Of a DNA stretch of 32,616 bases, positions 26,408-32,616 are shown in pieces (position 1 is the stretch's first letter; each line of letters opens with the position of its first letter). The notes under the pieces were generated by a model, which made no database searches, was not told the origin of the DNA, and was given only the letters and a program-made list of their open reading frames with translations. Origin of the DNA: Bdellovibrionales bacterium. Lineage in GTDB: Bacteria; Bdellovibrionota; Bdellovibrionia; Bdellovibrionales; UBA840. The stretch lies in assembly GCA_020434605.1 (NCBI GenBank), contig JAGRAL010000025.1, positions 1 to 32,616 of the forward strand, given 5' to 3'. A program made the translations under genes and the position numbers.

Positions 26408-27338
26408 TTAACTCTACCGTCATTGTTTCTAATAGTTCGTTGTTTATTTTAACCGTGGCCTGGGAGCGCCTCTCTTCTAGCCACACAATATATGCCCTCT
26501 GCTTCTTGTCTTCAAATAGTTCTTGCTTGATCAGTTCTCTGGCCTCCTGCAAGGTTTTTTGACGCGTTGGGCGTCTCTCTAAAATCTGCACAATGTGATA
26601 GCCGAAGGGGCTTTTTAGCGGTTTTGTTATGGTTTTAAGCGGCTGTTTGGCCGCTTCGTCAAATACGTCAGCGACCCCTTCTTCTACCCAGCCCAACTCG
26701 CCACCCTCTTTGCTCTCGGGGCTAATTGAGTATTCTTTTGCAAGCGCTGCAAAGTCCGTGTCTTTTTTAATTTGCGCATAAAGCTTTTCTGCATCCATGC
26801 TTTTTGCCAAAACGATTTGCCTAATACGATAAGCCTTATTTTGACTAAAGCGACTCTTGTTTTGTTGGTAATAGTCTGAGATTTCTTTGTCTGTCGGTTC
26901 AACAACATTTTTCGTGACGTCTTGATTTACTTTTCTTTCTAAAATTGTTTTTTCAAGGTTTTGTTTCCATCTCTCCATAGTAATATTGTCCTCAGCAAGG
27001 GACGCTCTAAAACTGATGTCATCTGGATATTGTGATCTGAAAACTTGAATTTCTTTTTCAATTTCTTCTGGAGTAACGCTTAGATTGTTTGCCGTCGCCC
27101 ACTCTTTTAAAAGGGTGTAATTAATAAAATCAGAAACTATAACATCCTTCATGTTTTTAACAGTCTCTGTAGATTTTGCGATAATGATATCTGAACCTTG
27201 TAATTTTTCTGTCAGGCGCTGGGCGAATTCTTGAACGCTTAGTTCGTTTTGGTTCACCTCAAGAATAATTTGTTTTTTAACTTTAGATGCCGTACACGCT
27301 GTTGCCAATAATATCAAAAAAAATAGCCCTTTTTTCAT
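26397..27338 (-). CDS. Parvulin-type peptidyl-prolyl isomerase (PrsA/PpiD-like), probably membrane-anchored or a lipoprotein
   Basis: N-terminus MKKGLFFLILLATACTASK with a Cys after the hydrophobic core. Parvulin core IRQIVLAK...GGELGWVEEG...PFGYHIVQILERR. Confidence 0.75.
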   Translation of the reverse strand: MKKGLFFLILLATACTASKVKKQIILEVNQNELSVQEFAQRLTEKLQGSDIIIAKSTETVKNMKDVIVSDFINYTLLKEWATANNLSVTPEEIEKEIQVFRSQYPDDISFRASLAEDNITMERWKQNLEKTILERKVNQDVTKNVVEPTDKEISDYYQQNKSRFSQNKAYRIRQIVLAKSMDAEKLYAQIKKDTDFAALAKEYSISPESKEGGELGWVEEGVADVFDEAAKQPLKTITKPLKSPFGYHIVQILERRPTRQKTLQEARELIKQELFEDKKQRAYIVWLEERRSQATVKINNELLETMTVELSDE

Positions 27339-27373
27339 AGGGCTACTTTACAAAATTATCTTGTGGAAAGATA

Positions 27374-28192
27374 TTACTTTATGTTTTCTAAAGACATTTT
27401 AACTGGGTATTTTTTCTTTAGACCTGCAAAATAGCTGTCAAATATTTGCTTTCTCTTTACGTCAAACACAACCTGTCTTAGGTGTCTTTTGTTTGCCTTT
27501 TCGTAAGGGTTTCTTCCAGTTAACTTTAAGATGTGGAAGCCAAACAGTGTCTCAACCAAACCATAAACTTGGCCAACCTTAAGCTTATAGGCTGCCTCAT
27601 AATACTCAGGTGTTATTGTAAGCCTTGACTGCCAGCCAATGTCTCCACCACTTCTTTTTGTAGTAGCATCATCAGTGTAAATCGCTACCAACTCTTCAAA
27701 AGACTTTTTGCTTTTCTTTACTTCTTCGTAAATCTCCATCGCTCGTTTTTTTGCTTGAGCTCTTTGGTCGGATGACGCTTTCGGCGGTATCTCGATTAAG
27801 ATGTGCGATGTTCTAAGTTCAGGATTTGATTTGTAGTAGTTTCGCATATCATCTTCACTAACCTTAATTTGCGAAACTCTTTTACCGATCTGTTTTTCGA
27901 TTAGCGCTTGATACAATAATTGGTCATATCTCTCTTGCACCTGAGGATCTTTTTCCATGTTTTGCGCCTTAGCTTCTTGTAAGCCCATTTCGTATCGAAC
28001 CAAGTCTTCTAAGAAAACTTGTTTAGATGGCACGTTCACAACGCTCTTCTGTTGTACTTCTTTATATTTTTGTTCAAATTCTTTTGCAGAAATACTTACT
28101 TTTCCAACGGTCGCTACATTTTGTGCGTACGTAACCGAGCTGTAAGCTAAGCATACTAATAGGCTGAAAATCATTCGCTGCATGTTCATCAT
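27374..28192 (-). CDS. Parvulin-type peptidyl-prolyl isomerase, secreted
   Basis: Signal peptide MQRMIFSLLVCLAYSSVTYAQ. Parvulin core RTSHILIEI...SGGDIGWQSR...LFGFHILKLTGR. Confidence 0.75.
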   Translation of the reverse strand: MMNMQRMIFSLLVCLAYSSVTYAQNVATVGKVSISAKEFEQKYKEVQQKSVVNVPSKQVFLEDLVRYEMGLQEAKAQNMEKDPQVQERYDQLLYQALIEKQIGKRVSQIKVSEDDMRNYYKSNPELRTSHILIEIPPKASSDQRAQAKKRAMEIYEEVKKSKKSFEELVAIYTDDATTKRSGGDIGWQSRLTITPEYYEAAYKLKVGQVYGLVETLFGFHILKLTGRNPYEKANKRHLRQVVFDVKRKQIFDSYFAGLKKKYPVKMSLENIK

Positions 28193-28251
28193 TGGCCGTA
28201 ATCCCCCATACGAGATGGTGGTTCTATCGTATTGAAACCACTAAAAAAATG

Positions 28252-28911
28252 TTAACACTGGGCAGAATCGCCTGCAAGGCAAAGTTCTCTAGCTTTCTGT
28301 GCGGCTGCATCAAATTTTTGGTGTAGGTCTTGCTGAATTTCGGTGGAATGAACGTCCTGTCCTTTTGAAAGTTGAAATGCGTTTGACCAAGTTATAACAA
28401 CGCGAGCGAAAGGATGAGGTAAATACGCCTTATTCCATGCTTTTTTAAAAACTAAGGCCTTACTTACCGATACTCCTGCTGCAAAAACCTCTGCGTTTAA
28501 AAGTTTAGCAACCTCAAAGACTCCGGGTTTGATTACATGATATGGCCCTCGTGGACCATCCACAGCCATTACTGGATGTCTTCCACTTTTAGCCAAACGT
28601 AAAAGCCCCTTTAGTCCAGAAATTGCACCTCTCGAGCTAGACCCCCTGGAGGTCATCATGCCTAACTTATGTAGAACATAGGTCATCAACTCGCCATCTT
28701 TACTTTGCGAGGTCATTGTACACGGTAAATATTTTTTAGTTTGAGAAATAAGAACAAGTTCATCCCCGTGCCATATTGCCAAAATATATTGTTTGTTTTC
28801 TCTCACTGCCGTCTTTAAATCTTCCGATTCAACGACAGTGATTCTCCAAGTCGCGCTAAGCGTCCGGTAAAACAAATACACGATTCTTGGTAAAATATAT
28901 TTTCTAAACAC
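28252..28911 (-). CDS. DUF374-domain protein (lysophospholipid-acyltransferase-like family)
   Basis: Pattern AIWHGDELVL...SQSKDGELMTYVLHKLGMMTSRGSSSRGAISGLKGLL...VMAVDGPRGP matches the DUF374 consensus (WH....S.S.DGE......G...RGSS.RGG......DGPRGP). Confidence 0.7.
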   Translation of the reverse strand: MFRKYILPRIVYLFYRTLSATWRITVVESEDLKTAVRENKQYILAIWHGDELVLISQTKKYLPCTMTSQSKDGELMTYVLHKLGMMTSRGSSSRGAISGLKGLLRLAKSGRHPVMAVDGPRGPYHVIKPGVFEVAKLLNAEVFAAGVSVSKALVFKKAWNKAYLPHPFARVVITWSNAFQLSKGQDVHSTEIQQDLHQKFDAAAQKARELCLAGDSAQC

Positions 28912-28919
28912 GGCCCAAA

Positions 28920-29882
28920 TTAGCTAAGCATTTTTTTAAACTCTTCTGTGAGAAGAGGTAATACCTGCGTTGCATCTCCTACTATACCGTAAGTTGCTTT
29001 TTGAAAAATGGGTGCTTCAGGATCCGTGTTAATCGCAACAATTACCTTTGATGTGCTCATCCCTGCTAAATGTTGAATTGCGCCCGAAATACCTGCAGCG
29101 ATATACAAACTTGGAGCAACCGTTTTACCTGTTTGCCCAACTTGCATTGAGTGTGGAACCCAGCCCGCATCTACAACCGCACGAGAAGCACCAACACTTG
29201 CCCCTAAAACATCTGCTAGGTCTTCAAGAAGTTTAAAGTTTGCAGCTTCTTTTAACCCTCTTCCACCAGAAACAATAATATTCGCCTCTGTTAAGTCTAA
29301 GCGCTTAGAAGCACCTTTTACGATTTCTTTGATAGCAATGCGCATATCTGTTCCTGAAACTGATTTTTCTATCACTTCAGCGCTACCGTCTGCAGGAGCA
29401 TCTACACTTAGTTGATTTGGTCTCATGGATACAAATTGTATTGGTGAATTGACAAACTCAGCTGTCGCTAAACATTTGCCAGAATACATCGGCTTTTTTG
29501 TCGTAACTTTTCCGTTAGCAATTGATAGTTCTGTGGCGTCAGCTACCACTCCTGACGAAAATGTAGCCGCAAGTTTTGGTAACAAGTCTTTTTGTGAAGA
29601 GCTTCCTGTGCCAAGAACAACCTCGGGTTTTGCTTCATCAATCACCTGTTTGTAGGCATTAAAATAAAGCTCACTGTTATAGTTGTCTAGGGCTGCGTCT
29701 TCAAATGCATACACCTTAGTTGCGCCGTATTTACCTGCTTCTGCAGCGGCAGTTTTACTGCCCGCCCCTAAAGAAACTCCTATAACCGTCATACCAGATT
29801 TTTTTGCTGCTGTTAGAAGCTCTAAGCTTGGGCTTTTAATTTTTCCTGCTGTGTGTTCAATTGAAACTAAAATATTTGCCAT
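28920..29882 (-). CDS. etfA: Electron transfer flavoprotein subunit alpha
   Basis: C-terminal FAD-binding region SGGRGL...ASRAVVDAGW...QVGQTGKTVAPSLYIAAGISGAIQHLAGM. 320 aa. 8 nt downstream of etfB. Confidence 0.9.
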   Translation of the reverse strand: MANILVSIEHTAGKIKSPSLELLTAAKKSGMTVIGVSLGAGSKTAAAEAGKYGATKVYAFEDAALDNYNSELYFNAYKQVIDEAKPEVVLGTGSSSQKDLLPKLAATFSSGVVADATELSIANGKVTTKKPMYSGKCLATAEFVNSPIQFVSMRPNQLSVDAPADGSAEVIEKSVSGTDMRIAIKEIVKGASKRLDLTEANIIVSGGRGLKEAANFKLLEDLADVLGASVGASRAVVDAGWVPHSMQVGQTGKTVAPSLYIAAGISGAIQHLAGMSTSKVIVAINTDPEAPIFQKATYGIVGDATQVLPLLTEEFKKMLS

Positions 29883-29890
29883 GTTGTCCC

Positions 29891-30667
29891 CTATAATACT
29901 TTTGCTTCTTCTCTAAGAAGCTTTGAAAGTGTTGCTACTTGCGCTGCTGCTTCGCCAGAAATCATATTTACTGGAGCTCGCTCAGCCGGCATGCTAAAAT
30001 TAGAAATTTTTACTTTTATATCTGAATCACTTACGCCTAAGTCAGAGAGTGTAAACTCTTTCACTGTTTTCTTCTTCGCTTTCATAATTCCAGGCAAGGA
30101 CGCATATCTAGGGGTATTTAAACCTTTGTTTGCACCTAAAACAAATGGTCCCTTGATTTCAATCATCTCTTTAGAGCCGCCCTCAACTTCTCTTTCTACT
30201 GTTGAAACTGTATCGTTTTTTGTAAATTTTGAAATAACTGAGGCGTGAGGCATTTTTGCAAAGTCTGCTATCATCTGAGTAACTGCACCCTGTTGATCAT
30301 CAATCGCAAGCTTTCCTGTGAATACCATGTCAAATGGTCCTTCTTTTGTGATTACTGCTGCCAGCGCCTTTGCTGTTGCATGGTTGTCTATACTTTCTGG
30401 AGCATCTACAACCATAGCTTCATCCGCGCCCATCGCTAAAGCAGTACGAAGCGTGTCCACAACTCTAGCTTTTGGACCTAGTGTAACTACAAAAAGTTGT
30501 GACCCGGCATTGGCGTCTCTAAGTTTGATAGCTTCTTCTACCGCAAACTCATCATATGGATTTAAAACCCACTTAATACCGTTAGTTTCGATGCCACTTT
30601 TATCTGCTTTCACTTGAACCTTGGTGTTTGTATCAGGAACTTGTTTTACACATACTAAGATTTTCAT
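29891..30667 (-). CDS. etfB: Electron transfer flavoprotein subunit beta
   Basis: MKILVCVKQVPDTNTKV...NPYDEFAVEEA...GKLAIDDQQGAVTQMIA is the canonical EtfB pattern. AAGAGG RBS. Confidence 0.9.
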   Translation of the reverse strand: MKILVCVKQVPDTNTKVQVKADKSGIETNGIKWVLNPYDEFAVEEAIKLRDANAGSQLFVVTLGPKARVVDTLRTALAMGADEAMVVDAPESIDNHATAKALAAVITKEGPFDMVFTGKLAIDDQQGAVTQMIADFAKMPHASVISKFTKNDTVSTVEREVEGGSKEMIEIKGPFVLGANKGLNTPRYASLPGIMKAKKKTVKEFTLSDLGVSDSDIKVKISNFSMPAERAPVNMISGEAAAQVATLSKLLREEAKVL

Positions 30668-30796
30668 TCGGGCCTCTTTTTGCTATATAAAATGATTTAT
30701 TGACTCTATTTTTTTAGGCACCAAATGGTGACACAATATTTATGTTTTGTCTAAGTAAAATACCTTTGTCTAAAAGCAGTATTGTAATTCTTCTGG

Positions 30797-30826
30797 TTGT
30801 TATTTCTCTTCTTTATTGATTATAAT
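30797..30826 (+). promoter_or_regulatory. Candidate sigma70-type promoter for the large 3'-terminal ORF
   Basis: TTGTTA (30797-30802), an 18-nt spacer, then TATAAT (30821-30826). This is about 22 nt upstream of the proposed TTG start and just 5' of a GGGAG Shine-Dalgarno at 30839-30843. Confidence 0.35.
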
Positions 30827-30848
30827 CATCCATTCACTGGGAGTTTGT

Positions 30849-32616
30849 TTGAGTACAGAAATTCGATTAAAAGCGCTAATATTGCAGGCACAGTCTCAGA
30901 ATAAATCTGGCACCTCCCTACAGGAGCTAAACCCAGATTTATCCCTACGCTTAGAGTCGAACTTTCAAATGTCTTTTCAGCACAACTTTATCCGCCTCAA
31001 CGAGCTACCTAGCGTGCTGCAAAATCGCGGTGGCGAATTCTCGCAAACTCGCATACGTGAAGCGCTTGATATACTGGGTGTTAATCTATACTACCTGTTT
31101 ACGGACGGTACCATTGTGGGCATGGATGAAATATTTTTTCATCCGCATTGTAATATTATAAATCCAGAACTATTGCCTGTGGTCCGCGGGGTATATGATA
31201 CCACCGTCGACCTAAAGCTCTTTTATTGGACATCCCCCTCCCTTTCATTTCCTCTAAAATATGGCGATATTGAGTACGTAATTTTAAAAATCATTAAAAA
31301 CTCTCAAAAGCTTGTCGTAAATAATCGTTTAGATTTGTTTATAGCCTTCTCAGAAATGATTCAAAAATCTAATCTATTAGAGGCCTCATGCAGCCCCATT
31401 TTAAAGTATGAGTTTTATAGCCCTGAAAAATCACAAGACCGCGTAAAACTGCAGATGGTTTGGCAGTCTCAAGAGTCGGGAAAGAAGAATGTCTTAGGGG
31501 CAGGAACTCTTAAATTAAAGCTTGGTGATGATAGTAAAATTAGTTTTAAATCTTTTGATTGGTGTCCTGATGAAAATAAAATTTTCTTTCACCCCTTGTC
31601 AGATTTTTTAAACGATTTCTATTTATTTTTAAAAAACCTAAGCCCCGAGCTAGAGGTTTCGCAAAATGGTCAAATTACGATACCAGGATTTATCAAAGAA
31701 ATCCCTTTGGCATCACATGAGACCATTCAGGTGGTCACGGCTTATTTACGAGAGAAGCAAAAGCAATTTCCATTCTTAGAAATTTCTTGGGACTACAAAG
31801 TACAAGCGTTTAGTAAAGAAGAATCCACCTTTCAGATTTTTATTTCTAAATCAAATGAAGTTTCACTCGCTGTTAGCGCTGGAGACTTTTCGGTTTTTAA
31901 TTTGGGTTTTTTAGTTCACCACATTAGCCAGGGTTTTTTATACGGCTTTAAGTTTTTATTTGATGACAGTACAATCAGTGATCGTCGCGGTGCCAATAGG
32001 ACCAGAGATATTAAGTTTGTAAAGCACTCTGGCCTTTATACTATGTATGTTTATGAAATATTAAAATACATTTTGAGCCCCAACGACGAAAAAAAACTAA
32101 ACCCAGACGAATTTTTTAATAAACTTAGCCTGTCTTTGGGTAGAGCGATTTTATTAATGGAAGGCATTCGAGCCGAAGAAAACTTTAAACACTTAGTTTC
32201 AAAAAATATTTATAATGTCTTAAAGCTTAACTACTTTAGAATTCTTGATGAGGTAGCGGATGGATCACTGTCTGTATTTACCGAAGACCGGGAAGTTCGC
32301 TTTGAGGGCGTTAAAATTGAGTGGTGTAGATTTCTCACCACCATCCTTGAAGACTTATTAATACAGTCCGACGGAGAATTATTTCGCAAATCAAGAAGTA
32401 ACTTTGTACCTCTGACAAAACAATTAGAGAACGAGGCGTCTTGGGAGCTGTCGACAAATAAAGATATCGAAAACATTTCATTTAACGACCGTATCGCTAA
32501 GTATTCTCTTTGGTCTGAGTCATTAAAAAAGTTTGTTCGAGTGCAAGAGCTATTTTCTCTTACCGAATCCGGTTGGAAAATATTTATAAATGGTAAGCCA
32601 CTGGAAACTTTAGATA
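30849..32616 (+). CDS. 5' part (at least 589 codons) of a large protein of unknown function; continues beyond the window; absent from the ORF track
   Basis: Codon by codon I find no stop in this frame from 30774 to 32616. GGGAG lies 5 nt before the TTG at 30849; the alternative ATG at 30969 has no obvious RBS. Translation starts MSTEIRLKALILQAQSQNKSGTSLQELNPDLSLRLESNFQMSFQHNFIRLNELPSV... and ends ...FVRVQELFSLTESGWKIFINGKPLETLD. No Walker, metal-binding or signal-peptide motif recognised. Confidence 0.75.
   Translation, partial: MSTEIRLKALILQAQSQNKSGTSLQELNPDLSLRLESNFQMSFQHNFIRLNELPSVLQNRGGEFSQTRIREALDILGVNLYYLFTDGTIVGMDEIFFHPHCNIINPELLPVVRGVYDTTVDLKLFYWTSPSLSFPLKYGDIEYVILKIIKNSQKLVVNNRLDLFIAFSEMIQKSNLLEASCSPILKYEFYSPEKSQDRVKLQMVWQSQESGKKNVLGAGTLKLKLGDDSKISFKSFDWCPDENKIFFHPLSDFLNDFYLFLKNLSPELEVSQNGQITIPGFIKEIPLASHETIQVVTAYLREKQKQFPFLEISWDYKVQAFSKEESTFQIFISKSNEVSLAVSAGDFSVFNLGFLVHHISQGFLYGFKFLFDDSTISDRRGANRTRDIKFVKHSGLYTMYVYEILKYILSPNDEKKLNPDEFFNKLSLSLGRAILLMEGIRAEENFKHLVSKNIYNVLKLNYFRILDEVADGSLSVFTEDREVRFEGVKIEWCRFLTTILEDLLIQSDGELFRKSRSNFVPLTKQLENEASWELSTNKDIENISFNDRIAKYSLWSESLKKFVRVQELFSLTESGWKIFINGKPLETLD

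Noticed and set aside
28218-28249. Hairpin GTGGTT...AACCAC followed by an A7 run, between the DUF374 gene and the first parvulin gene.
   Set aside because: Both genes are on the minus strand, where the T-run precedes the stem rather than following it, so it does not fit an intrinsic terminator. The stem is only 6 bp.
30719-30730. Inverted repeat CACCA-AA-TGGTG in the divergent etfB / large-ORF intergenic region; possible operator.
   Set aside because: The arms are only 5 bp, so chance occurrence is likely in a 180-nt region, and there is no second copy or adjacent regulator gene.
32231-32476. 81-aa minus-strand ORF near the 3' end.
   Set aside because: It lies antisense inside the 589-codon plus-strand ORF, has Ser-rich shadow composition and has no RBS.
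1-32616. Searched by eye for CRISPR-like spaced repeats, tRNA/rRNA-like structured segments, and transposase, integrase or IS terminal inverted repeats.
   Set aside because: No intergenic region exceeds about 240 nt. None shows regularly spaced direct repeats or cloverleaf-compatible stems. No ORF has recombinase or transposase motifs.

Overview
AT-rich, densely packed chromosomal segment from a diderm bacterium. Gene content and protein style suggest a Bdellovibrio/Bacteriovorax-like predatory lineage, but that is inference only. Most of the window is core housekeeping, arranged in long minus-strand, translationally coupled clusters with many 4-nt ATGA stop/start overlaps. (i) ftsK, a TPR-like gene, a small lipoprotein, dapF, dapA, dapB, a folK-like gene, tal, a lipoprotein and a 723-aa secreted protein span 10967 down to 1512. 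(ii) rpsF, a membrane protein, rplI and dnaB span 15142 down to 11866. (iii) etfB, etfA, DUF374, three parvulin-type chaperones including surA, pdxA, a PMM/PGM gene, uvrA and a NUDIX gene span 30667 down to 20167. Between clusters (ii) and (iii) lies a 4.8-kb segment with frequent strand switches: FHA protein, alpha/beta hydrolase, S8 subtilase, P-loop kinase and a Gly-rich secreted protein. I found no rRNA, tRNA, CRISPR array, transposase or integrase, and no convincing novel multi-gene system. The points most worth a second look: (1) a long ORF (at least 589 codons) running off the 3' end, absent from the ORF track because it has no in-window stop, with no motif I can recognise; (2) an untracked 47-codon LptM/YifL-like lipoprotein ORF just upstream of dapF; (3) a cysteine-free CUB-like domain at the C-terminus of the subtilase; (4) a UvrA that keeps the UvrB-binding region but lacks the roughly 100-aa insertion domain; (5) an rpsF-rplI-dnaB cluster with no rpsR or ssb; (6) three tandem parvulin/SurA paralogs.
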